Positions 39,773-50,169 of a stretch of 64,000 nucleotides of DNA are shown here, in pieces (position 1 is the first letter of the stretch; every line of letters starts with the position of its first letter). The notes beneath the pieces were generated by a model. The model was not told where the DNA came from, ran no database searches, and saw only the letters and a list, made by a program, of their open reading frames with translations. The translations under genes and the position numbers were made by a program. Origin of the DNA: Owenia fusiformis. Taxonomy: Eukaryota. The stretch covers positions 22,258,001 through 22,322,000 of the forward strand of contig CAIIXF020000001.1 in assembly GCA_903813345.2 (NCBI GenBank). The letters are read 5' to 3'.

Positions 39773-42559
39773 ATGGTGATACATGAAGTTCTCCCGGCAC
39801 ATGTCGTCATTCAGAATGCTATACCTCCAGTCCATGGTGCATTGCAGCAGCAAAATCAACAGCCAAACCAACAGCAAAATAACCAGCACAACCAGCAACA
39901 CAATCAACAGCACAACCAGCAGCACAACCAACAACAGTACAACCAACAGAACCAAAATGCTGCAGCTGCTGCACCACAAAATCCTCAATGGTGGCAGCAA
40001 CAAATGCAACTACAGCATCAAATACAGCAACAACAGCAACAGTTGCCTCAAAGACCAAAGTTTGACAAAACTCTTGAAACTCTGTTCCGGGGAAACATTA
40101 GACTCTGGATGAATGATATGGGTAGGTCAATAATAATTAGTTTAAGGTCATATCAGATTCATTTGCAAAGCAATGATCAGCTTCAATATCTCACCTTAGC
40201 CATCTATTTTCAAAAATCACAACCATTAAGAAAATACAAGGGAGTTAATCATTCTAGTGAGGTTTGATTGTGCATCGTGTATTCAAATGTATTATGAAAT
40301 TTTCTCTTAAGAATCCTTTAAAACTTTTAAGTATTTACTTTATTTAGTGGATCTATTTATCTAGTCCATGCACTAAGCCCATGAAGATTTTGGAGTTAAA
40401 ACGCAACGCATTGAAAGCACATCATTGAGGTCAAAGTCGTATTGAATAGGCCAGATGCATCCATCACTTCTTTGAAATTATTGATGGGTGTCTACATCAT
40501 TGATTATATGAGGTCACGCAAGGTCAATGTCAAAAAATGATTGGAAGTGAAAAAGTGTTGACTTTTGTTTTCACCAAAGCGATTATTTCAGTGTCTATGG
40601 GATTTGACGAGCGGGATAAAGCTACAATTTTGGAGCTGTTCAGAAGTGATAGAGACTTTAAACCTTCTCAGATCTATGTCCTAGGGAGCAAGCTATATCA
40701 TATTCAGGTTAGAGGAGTTCGGGTCTATATCCAGGAGCTTGGAGTTGATGAGACGCAAACTGATGCCGGGGCAAGCTGTGTTAGCTTTGAATACCGTAAC
40801 TCAATGCAGCCTGCTGACGTCAACATTATAGGTAGTCATAATTATATCATGGAAAGCCGTTGTTCGTTTAACTGTAAAAGAAAATCTTAATTTTTTCGAT
40901 TGTAATATATATATGTCTAAATTGTAAATATATCTAATGCACTTGTATACCACATACCATGCATGATCACATCAATGCTAATTTAGCCGCAACATTCTGC
41001 ATGACGCACTTTTTCTTTTACACGATTTTAAACATTAGTGATTTATAAAAATAAAATCAATTTTATTGTTAGTTTATATAAGTGTTCGTGTTCGTGCTAT
41101 GCAGTGTGTCCAGCTATGAATTATCACCGTTCATTACTTTGTTATTTGAAGGCCACTGTGGGAACATATACATTGGCTATACATATTACAAAAGCAGAAG
41201 CGATGCTGAAATTAAGATGTTTGATAGTACAACTGGAGACGTCACTACTGTCGGTGTCTGGAGGCACGGACGCCGAGGGATGACAGGACCAAACTGTATT
41301 GCTGGGTGGTCGGACTTTTCATGTAGCTTCAGCGCCGACAGGGAATACTGTCTCGTCGTTGGACCCTCTCCCGGACAGAATCCCAGCACTTGCAAGCTAA
41401 TTGAACTGGCCGCTAAGACATTCGTTGAGGTGTGTGAAAAATGAAATGTAATGCGACGGTTTATATTTTTAAACAAAAAGTGTTCTTTCTGAAAAATTCT
41501 AATCAATTAATTATATCTGCTTTTTTAATTTAGGACATTTCAGAGAAATCGGATTTAGTAAAAATCAGTTAAAAACGACTTTGAAATACATGTATTAGGC
41601 TAGTTTGCTTTTATTTTTTAGAAGCAGGATAATCGTTTTTCATCTTTTAATAACTAATTTCAGACAATCAAGTTTGACAAGCGAACGTATGGGGTTCCAT
41701 TTAGGGCAGTATTTGACCCGCGGCCACACAGACCACATATTCTGACGTTCATAGTTGGAAGCGGACAAACTCGTCTCTCTAGGGGTACCCTGGCCCAGTA
41801 CGATGTGGTGGATAAGACCGTAAATTCCCAATACAAAGATTTTGAATTTTGGTAAGTTTTCTCTTGGTACTTGGTACTCTATTTGTGATTGTAAAACAGT
41901 TAAGATACGCATAGTCCATTGATAAAGCAGATGTGAAGAACGTGAGAGGTTTATTAAAGAGGCCAGATTACCCGTTCAGGTTAACCACAATATTTTACTT
42001 ATGTTGTCCTTGCAGTTGTGACTTACTCCAGCACACCAAAGATGGAGAGTTTCTTCTCGCATTAACTCGAAAGCGAGAAGAGTTATGGATCTTCGACTCA
42101 GATGATCTTACCCCACTATTCGCCCTAACCTACAAGTCGATACGATCGAAGCTTTGTCAGTTATTTCCACTCATGTCTAAATGTGGCACTCGAATGGCGT
42201 TCGTTACTAAAGAAAGTCACCAAAGACACTTAAAGAAACGTAAAGATTCTACTACAGACTGGCGAAGAAAGGCGGAAACGCTCAAATCAGTTTCTAAGGA
42301 TAAAAAGTTGGAAGAACCAGCAGCTGAAATGTCTCCAAAACCAGATGATGCTGATGATATTGACAATGATGATGATGGTGGGCTGGTTGATGAATTCATG
42401 CAAGATTTATCTTATAACGTACAAGTGTACAAGCTACCTGAGAGACTGCATACTCTACAAGCATTGTGTAGGAAACCAATATTGCAACGTGTTCAGTTGG
42501 AGAGAATTCAAGATCTGCCTATTCCACCAAGACTTCAGTCTTACTTAAACTGGCAATGA
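39773..42559 (+). CDS. SOCS-box protein with Q/N-rich N-terminus (exons approx. 39773-40121, ~40580-40831, ~41083-41429, 41664-41851, 42016-42559)
   Basis: C-terminal TLQALCRKPIL...IQDLPIPPRLQSYL is a SOCS box; the middle is beta-strand rich. Last two introns are phase-consistent; exon 2 and exon 3 acceptors are uncertain. Confidence 0.75.
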
Positions 42560-42947
42560 AACGTCACTATAGAGCGCTTACATGTCTAACACTCTGGTAA
42601 TTGAATTGTGATAAGTGCTTGTGAACCGTAACAAATTATACAAATTGCACAATTTTATATTTGAAAAATATGTAATTCATGCTTGCATCATCGATTTATT
42701 GATTTTTGGTATTGCACATTTTGATAAAGTAAAATAAGATCGAAATTTTGATTTTTGAGTTTTTTATATTCTATTGTTTTATTTTGACGAACTATAAGCG
42801 TCGAATATTCCAATTATTTTATTTCCTTGGTTCCATGACCATCAATATGTTGAATTTCGAGTATAAACTACATGTAACTCCACGTGTCTGGCGCTTTTCA
42901 TCTGAGGCGCATGATCTCTCGATACAAATAAAACTTCCATTAATGAC

Positions 42948-43037
42948 CAAGGGAAAATCAATACCCGGTGATTTCAGAGGGTATTTTCATTTTGTTTTAG
43001 ACGTGCACTGCATGAACCGGGTATTGTAACGCCCTTG
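42948..43037. mobile_element. 90-bp minimal derivative of the P-like family at 17523
   Basis: Both termini (CAAGGGAAAATCAATACCCGGTGATTTCAG and CCGGGTATTGTAACGCCCTTG) match the ends of 17523-18714 in inverted orientation; no TSD. Confidence 0.6.
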
Positions 43038-43487
43038 TCTCCACCTTCGAAATACAATATTTCAATTTGAAAACTTTTACTTTTACATATTTGTTGTTAG
43101 CCATGTTTCCTCATCTCATCTGCTTTGGTAATTTGAGACACCGCGTGTCGAAGTGCGCCAAATGAAAAGAAGAGCTTAGTTTAGAATCAAATTTCAACAT
43201 ATCCGGCAGCTCCCCCATCTGATATTGTATTTCATTTAATTGACAAACTAAGAAATTTTGAGACTAATATTTTAACTAAACCAGCTGAGACGAGGAAACC
43301 TTGCCCCATAGTACCTGGTCGCTCCACCATGTCATACTCTGTTATGTTAAGTACTTAATTCGAACATGACTGTATTCACGCATTCTTTAAACTGTAAACA
43401 AAGTCAACATTTCACCTGTGATATATTCGCGATCAATACCCCTGTTAATACGTGTAACGTGTGACGTCATAACGGTGGGTGGTAGTA

Positions 43488-43521
43488 ATGGCGGACCATG
43501 ATGAATATTCGAAACAATTTG
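43488..43521 (+). CDS. Probable first coding exon (MADHDEYSKQF) of an unidentified host gene
   Basis: ATGGCG start, strong donor G|GTGAGT at 43521/43522, and CRE palindrome TGACGTCA at 43462-69. Downstream exons not identified. Confidence 0.45.
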
Positions 43522-43799
43522 GTGAGTTTTCATATTCGAATCGTAATATAGACCTCAGAGCAGGGGTAATATCGTCGAATACACCCCTTGGGGCTAGGCA
43601 CACAAGCTTTCGAACCCCTCACTCCCTTCGGTCGTTCTGTGAACGTGGGGAAATCACAAAAACTAAGAATATTGTAACAGTTAGGCCTTTTTGTGGATAT
43701 TTTGGTAGTGTGGACTAATAGGCCTCTGTATACCTTGTGGGTTACGTGACACACGTTAAATGTGTTTGCACCAAAGATTCAACAGAACTTTTAATTATA

Positions 43800-43805
43800 T
43801 TTATT
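43800..43805 (-). terminator. Candidate poly(A) signal AATAAA in LTR (also 57121-57126)
   Basis: Minus-strand AATAAA ~130 bp from the LTR end, followed by GU-rich sequence. Confidence 0.6.
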
Positions 43806-43968
43806 ACACAACAAACGATATATTGTGGCGTCTGTAGGCCCAAAATTGTGTACATCAAATAGCAAAATGTCCTTATAATAAACTGGAATAGAACCAATGT
43901 TCGTTGTTGTTGTTATTATTCACTGTAAGTCCAAACATATAAGCATCAATTGTGGGATTGGATTGAAG

Positions 43969-44175
43969 TCACACAAAGTTCACTGTACTCAGGCTGAAGC
44001 CAAGCGATGACTGCAACACTGGAATCTGTCTAGTTGGTATTGGAGCAGACTTATCATTAGATTCTTCGTCTGTAGTGGTAATGCAAACACGAGTGCAAAT
44101 TACAAACATCAAACAAAGGAGTACAAACGATATGCTGCCCACAATCAAAGCGATGAAAAGAACATCCAGTTCCAT
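43969..44175 (-). CDS. LTR-encoded 68-aa single-pass membrane micropeptide (3' LTR copy)
   Basis: ATG-initiated and on the element's sense strand. Hydrophobic run VLFIALIVGSISFVLLCLMFVIC, juxtamembrane CTRVC and a polar tail; lies just upstream of the poly(A) signal. Confidence 0.55.
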   Translation of the reverse strand: MELDVLFIALIVGSISFVLLCLMFVICTRVCITTTDEESNDKSAPIPTRQIPVLQSSLGFSLSTVNFV

Positions 44176-44199
44176 ACAAGGACCAGTATCTTGTCTCGT

Positions 44200-46222
44200 G
44201 CAGGTAGCCTCCTCGTGCTAAGTCTAGTGAATCGTCTTCTCCCTCAAGTAGCCTCCTCCGGCTAAGTCTAGTGGATCCTCTTCTCCCTCAGGTAGCCTGC
44301 TCCGGCTAAGTCCAAAAGATCCTCTTCTCCCTCAGGTAGCCTCCTCCGGCTAAGTCCAATGGATCACCTTCCTCAGGAAGTCCGTTCGACAAAGTCGCTA
44401 AAATAAAGACCCAGCCTCAGTGAGTCCGTTCGACAAAGTCAACTGGAACGTCTTCTCCCTCAGGTAGCCTCTTCAGCTAAGTCCAATGGATCCTCTTCTC
44501 CCTCAGGTAGCCTCTTCAGCTAAGTCCAGTGGATCCTCTTCTCCCTCAGGTAGCCTCTTCAGCTAAGTCCAGTGGATCCTCTTCTCCCTCAGGTAGCCTC
44601 CTCTGGGTAAGTCCAATGGATCACCTTCCTCAGGAAGTCCGTTCGACAAAGTCGCTAAAATAAAGACCCAGCCTCAGTGAGTCCGTTCGACAAAGTCAAC
44701 TGGAACGTCTTCTCCCTCAGGTAGCCTCTTCAGCTAAGTCCAATGGATCCTCTTCTCCCTCAGGTAGCCTCTGGCTAAGTCCAATGGATCCTCTTCTCCC
44801 TCAGGTAGCCTCTGGCTAAGTCCAATGGATCCTCTTCTCCCTCAGGTAGCCTCTTCAGCTAAGTCCAGTGGATCCTCTTCTCCCTCAGGTAGCCTCCTCT
44901 GGGTAAGTCCAATGGATCACCTTCCTCAGGAAGTCCGTTCGACAAAGTCGCTAAAATAAAGACCCAGCCTCAGTGAGTCCGTTCGACAAAGTCAACTGGA
45001 ACGTCTTCTCCCTCAGGTAGCCTCTTCAGCTAAGTCCAATGGATCCTCTTCTCCCTCAGGTAGCCTCTTCAGCTAAGTCCAGTGGATCCTCTTCTCCCTC
45101 AGGTAGCCTCTTCAGCTAAGTCCAGTGGATCCTCTTCTCCCTCAGGTAGCCTCCTCTGGGTAAGTCAAATGGATCACCTTCCTCAGGAAGTCCGTTCGAC
45201 AAAGTCGCTAAAATAAAGACCCAGCCTCAGTGAGTCCGTTCGACAAAGTCAACTGGAACGTCTTCTCCCTCAGGTAGCCTCTTCAGCTAAGTCCAATGGA
45301 TCCTCTTCTCCCTCAGGTAGCCTCTGGCTAAGTCCAATGGATCCTCTTCTCCCTCAGGTAGCCTCTGGCTAAGTCCAATGGATCCTCTTCAGCTAAGTCC
45401 AGTGGATCCTCTTCTCCCTCAGGTAGCCTCCTCTGGGTAAGTCCAATGGATCACCTTCCTCAGGAAGTCCGTTCGACAAAGTCGCTAAAATAAAGACCCA
45501 GCCTCAGTGAGTCCGTTCGACAAAGTCAACTGGAACGTCTTCTCCCTCAGGTAGCCTCTTCAGCTAAGTCCAATGGATCCTCTTCTCCCTCAGGTAGCCT
45601 CTTCAGCTAAGTCCAGTGGATCCTCTTCTCCCTCAGGTAGCCTCTTCAGCTAAGTCCAGTGGATCCTCTTCTCCCTCAGGTAGCCTCCTCTGGGTAAGTC
45701 AAATGGATCACCTTCCTCAGGAAGTCCGTTCGACAAAGTCGCTAAAATAAAGACCCAGCCTCAGTGAGTCCGTTCGACAAAGTCAACTGGAACGTCTTCT
45801 CCCTCAGGTAGCCTCTTCAGCTAAGTCCAGTGGATCCTCTTCTCCCTCAGGTAGCCTCCTCTGGGTAAGTCCAATGGATCACCTTCCTCAGGAAGTCCGT
45901 TCGACAGTCGCTAAAATAAAGACCCAGCCTCAGTGAGTCCGTTCGACAAAGTCAACTGGAACGTCTCCCTCAGGTAGCCTCTTCCGGTGAAGTCCAATGG
46001 ATCCTCTTCTCCCTCAGGTAGCCTCCTCCGGCTAAGTCCAATGGATCCTCTTCTCCCTCAGGTAGCCTCTTCAGCTAAGTCCAGTGGATCCTCTTCTCCC
46101 TCAGATAGGCTCCTCCAGCTAAGTCCAATGGATCACCTTCCTCAGGAAGTCCGTTCGACAGTCGCTGAAATAAAGACCCAGCCTCAGTGAGTCCGTTCGA
46201 CAAAGTCAACTGGAACGTCTTC
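44200..46222. repeat. Hierarchical tandem array 1 in 3' LTR (43-bp units punctuated by 8 copies of a ~90-bp block)
   Basis: 43-bp period at 44488/44531/44574; block starts at 44361, 44618, 44914, 45171, 45448, 45705, 45876, 46130. Confidence 0.95.
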
Positions 46223-46249
46223 AGTGAGGAAGTTTCACAATAAATTATC

Positions 46250-47120
46250 TAAGTCAAACTTCAAATAGAACAAAGTCGAAGAATATTTCAAAGTGTGAGT
46301 AAGAAATATTCTAAGTCCAAGTTAGTATAAACGACTAAAATGTATAAGTCCAACTCCAGGTAGATGTACCACAGAACAAAGTCAAAGAATATTTCGAAGT
46401 GCCAGTAAGAAATGTTCTAAGTCCAAGTTAGCATCCACAGCAAAATATACAAGTCCAACTTCAGGTAGATGTATCACAGAACAAAGTCAAAGAATATTAA
46501 AAATGATTAAAATATTCTAAGTCCAAGTTAGCATCCACAGCAAAATATACAAGTCCAACTTCAGGTAGATGTATCACAGAACAAAGTCAAAGAATATTAA
46601 AAATGATTAAAATATTCTAAGTCCAAGTTATCATCTACAGCAAAATATACAAGTCCAACTCCAGGTAGATGTATCACAGAACAAAGTCAAAGAATATTGA
46701 AAATGATTAAAATATTCTAAGTCCAAGTTAGCATCCACAGCAAAATATACAAGTCCAACTTCAGGTAGATGTATCACAGAACAAAGTCAAAGAATATTGA
46801 AAATGATTAAAATATTCTAAGTCCAAGTTAGCATCCACAGCAAAATGTACAAGTCCAACTTCAGGTAGATGTATCACAGAACAAAGTCAAAGAATATTGA
46901 AAATGATTAAAATATTCTAAGTCCAAGTTATCATCTACAGAAAAATGTACAAGTCCAACTAAATTGACTTTGCCAAAGTTTAACCTCAAGTAGATTCGTC
47001 TACAGCCAGGTACATGTGAACAGAACAAAGTCAAAGAATATTAAAAATTGATTAAAATATTCTAAGTCCAAGTTATCATGTACAGAAAATGTCAAAGTCC
47101 AACAAAGTCAAAGTTGTCAA
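46250..47120. repeat. Tandem array 2 in 3' LTR (100-bp unit, ~8 copies)
   Basis: TTCTAAGTCCAAG at 46415, 46515, 46615, 46715, 46815 and 46915, plus degenerate flanking copies. Confidence 0.95.
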
Positions 47121-47912
47121 AATTTACAAAATATCACGAGCGGAGCTCTGTACCAGTCAAAAGCTAAATCAAGTCTCTCTCGAGTGTCAACTTTCTCAGC
47201 TTATATACTCTAGGAGGTTGCCCGGATGACGTACTCGCGCAATACAAAATATTGGCGCAAACTGATTAACCAAATGTTTAAATTACGATTACGGGCCTAC
47301 AGACGTGAAAATAACTCACAAATATGGTTGGTAATTGCGAGTTAATTATACAGATAAGAAATATAATGATAAAGTGTGGAAATACATTCACAATAGGTGG
47401 CTAGAGCAAGTTATTTAATGGAACAGGAAATAAAATGACCGCCGAAATGGCAGACGAGATTGAATTGACATTTCAAATTCACGACCAAATATCTTGAAAA
47501 CTAAACATTATTGCTACCCCTAATTTACAGAAATGATCGCTAATATTGTTATCTATCTAAATAAATCTAAATTAATAATTCAAATGGACTAACTAACCTG
47601 TATTTTTGCGATAAGTACGGAGCTTGAATATTCGAAGTTGTGGCTTAGTGAAGTAACTCTAAATGAGCACTACTAATGAAACGAAAAATACTACATTGAA
47701 ATAATGAGACAGAAAACGAAACTACCTCACTAAAAATAATGAACGCTAGCCGCCTAATTAAATATTGCAATGGGCCACAAATAAATATAATTATCACCAA
47801 AGGACCAGGTAAAATAAGGGAACAAGTGAAGTTGTTGTATTTAATGGCCATAATCTTGAGACTATCCAAATGGAAAACTATAATAATTTTTCAAAAAAAA
47901 TATTTTGTTACA

Positions 47913-47927
47913 CTCCTCCCTTCTTTT
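47913..47927 (-). other. Polypurine tract
   Basis: Minus-strand AAAAGAAGGGAGGAG directly abuts the 3' LTR. Confidence 0.9.
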
Positions 47928-48783
47928 GTTTTTGGTGTTTTCAACACCAAGCATAATTTCTCTTGAACTAACAATATATTTTTTTAAGAAAAATAAACTG
48001 TATTAAACTATAAAAACTTTCTTATCAAAAATAGTTACATTATAAAAATAACTACATTACATCTTACGAAAATATGTTATTTTGATGGCACTACTACTAA
48101 AGATAATTTTACTTTCTCTCATTGGTTATAACCAGGAGTTTTCTATCTCTAGTTTCAAGTGATTACATGCCTATAAACTACATCTCTAGTTACTTGACTT
48201 ATAATAAACTACCAAAACACAAAGTGTGTCCGGTCATAAACATTTACTATCTCTTGTTTCAAGTAACAGCATGACTTATACACTCAAAACATAAAAAGTT
48301 ATGACATGCAACAAAAATGTACCATCTCAAGTTTCAAATGATTACATGATTCATAAACTAGTCTCTAGCGACATGATTTGTAATAAACTACCAATATACA
48401 AAGTGTGTCATGCAATATACAAAAAATAAATGTCTTCACTCATGCACAACCACATTACAATTTCTAAGTCATCATGTGAACTATCTTATTTTAATGCCAG
48501 AACTACTAAACTGTCTTCATACTCTGTCGTTACCATATGTGAGATAAGTATTACAAAAATAAATTCACCCATCACTAATCACCAGGTACTTAAATTACTC
48601 GCCATAAAATCAAGATATAAGCTCATTGTCATACAAAATAATTGTAAACAGCTCATGTACGAAGCAAAATAATTATCTCTCCATTAAAAACTGATCATCT
48701 TTTCTAAGTCCTAATAACAGTCTCTTATAATATCTGGTTATATTTTCTAAGTCCTCATAATAGTCTCTATCACACTAGAATCT

Positions 48784-50169
48784 TTATATTTTGAGATCGC
48801 TATATCGACTTACCAATGTCTCATCTTCTATCACTGAACCGTCCCTGGCAAAATACCTAAAACGGATCTCCATTTTGATAGGGTTACGGATTGTCCCCCT
48901 TTGGTAGTCCTCATATTCATCGGTTTCCTCATCCTGTAAACGTTGTAACTCCACCCTGGGTTGTTGGTTCAACTTTACATCTTCCTCATCCGAGCTATCT
49001 ACCACATATTTCTTGCTCTTTGGCGCTTTTCGAACTCTTTTGTTATGTGGCTTTGATGACGCCCCCTCAACTACTACTGTCCGACTATCCATTTTTTCAA
49101 CCTCTTCTATTTCACTCTCCACTTTATTGTCCTGACCAGACTTGTCCTTGACTACTCTTTTACCCTGTTTAGAGGTTGTCTTTGCCTTCTCTTCGTAGGT
49201 TTTCTTGATGTCATGATCGGTTGGTTTTACTGTCCCATCGCTGACTCTCTTACTGTCTTTATCTGTGGGTTTCTTTGTGTCATTAGTAGTTTTCTTAATG
49301 TTTTTATCAGTGGTGTTCTTGTCTTTTTCAGTGGTTTTCTTAGGATCAGTGGTTTGCTTTATGTCTTTATCAGTTTTCTTAGTGTCTTTTTCAGTGGTTT
49401 TCTTAGGATCTTTGTCGGTGATTTGCTTTATGTCTTTATCAGTTTTCTTAGTGTCCTTATCGGTTGGTCTCTTCATGTCATCGCTCTTTTCGTTATTGTT
49501 ACTGTCTATCGCTATTTTCTCTGGTGATTTCTCTTTCACGCTTGGTTCTTTCTTACTATCCAATATCTTACCCCACACTGATAAAACTCCCTCTACCCTC
49601 TTGGTTTTGTCAGCAGGTTCTTCCCCGGTTGAAAGGCATGGTACGGGTTTATCAACGGTAGGTGGTACTGACACTGTCATGGGAGAGTTCTTTTCAGGGG
49701 GCGCTCCCAAGCTTGCTGAAGGTGGATAGGTTGTGGTGCAAGGCGTCTGTAAACCTTGCAGTAGTCCTGAAATCTGTCGCATAATTTGTATCCCCTCTGG
49801 ACTTTGCAGACTTGCGACTTGTTCTTCCTGACTAAATGCCTTACTAGAGGACAGGGAGGACCTCTCCCACCTGGCGAATTTATCTACTCTGTTATAGTCC
49901 CTGCTGGAAGCTCCGTCCCTATCATGGTCCCTCTTTTGATCCTGATCTCTATTACGATAGTCTCTTTCTGTTTCTCTATGATCTGTCCCTCTGTCGTTCT
50001 CTCTCCGGTTGGAAGCTCTGCCCCTATCATGGTCCCTACTTTGACCCTGGTCTCTATTGCGATAGTCTCTGTCTGTCTCTCTACTACGGGAGCGATCCCT
50101 TCGGTCTTGGGACCCATATCTGTCATCCCGGCCTCCATAGTCCCTACGCCCGTGTCCTCTGTGAGACAT
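48784..50169 (-). CDS. Putative spliced accessory ORF3 (461 aa, disordered, not Env), in frame with integrase
   Basis: Acceptor CTCTTTTTGTATTTCCAG| (AG 50184-83) lies 13 nt before ATG 50169, right after the integrase-terminal-like RVRKPPKRFADY motif. Confidence 0.55.
   Translation of the reverse strand: MSHRGHGRRDYGGRDDRYGSQDRRDRSRSRETDRDYRNRDQGQSRDHDRGRASNRRENDRGTDHRETERDYRNRDQDQKRDHDRDGASSRDYNRVDKFARWERSSLSSSKAFSQEEQVASLQSPEGIQIMRQISGLLQGLQTPCTTTYPPSASLGAPPEKNSPMTVSVPPTVDKPVPCLSTGEEPADKTKRVEGVLSVWGKILDSKKEPSVKEKSPEKIAIDSNNNEKSDDMKRPTDKDTKKTDKDIKQITDKDPKKTTEKDTKKTDKDIKQTTDPKKTTEKDKNTTDKNIKKTTNDTKKPTDKDSKRVSDGTVKPTDHDIKKTYEEKAKTTSKQGKRVVKDKSGQDNKVESEIEEVEKMDSRTVVVEGASSKPHNKRVRKAPKSKKYVVDSSDEEDVKLNQQPRVELQRLQDEETDEYEDYQRGTIRNPIKMEIRFRYFARDGSVIEDETLVSRYSDLKI

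Larger units (their letters stand above)
43673..47912 (-). repeat. 3' LTR (4,240 bp)
   Basis: Direct repeat of 56994-61233; adjacent to the PPT. Confidence 0.97.

Noticed and set aside
39668-40058. Leu/Val-rich minus-strand ORFs
   Set aside because: Antisense shadows of CAA/CAG/AAC repeats.
45987-46190. 67-aa plus-strand ORF (also 59308-59511)
   Set aside because: Translation of repeat units from a GTG start, antisense to the element.
44200-46222. CRISPR-like array
   Set aside because: Sequences between the recurring blocks are themselves repeats, not unique spacers; no cas genes; eukaryotic LTR context.
44200-46222. Hammerhead ribozymes (retrozyme-like LTR)
   Set aside because: Minus strand has CUGAAGA/CUGAGGA, but I found no properly placed GAAA core and stems. 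An Infernal/Rfam scan would settle it.
44200-47120. let-7 sponge (CUACCUG repeats)
   Set aside because: Matches only let-7 positions 3-8; the canonical seed site CUACCUC is absent.
47645-47869. 74-aa hydrophobic ORF in U3 (also 60966-61190)
   Set aside because: Upstream of the candidate TATA in very AT-rich sequence; hydrophobicity is expected by chance.
48784-50169. env gene
   Set aside because: No signal peptide, TM anchor or cysteine-rich ectodomain.
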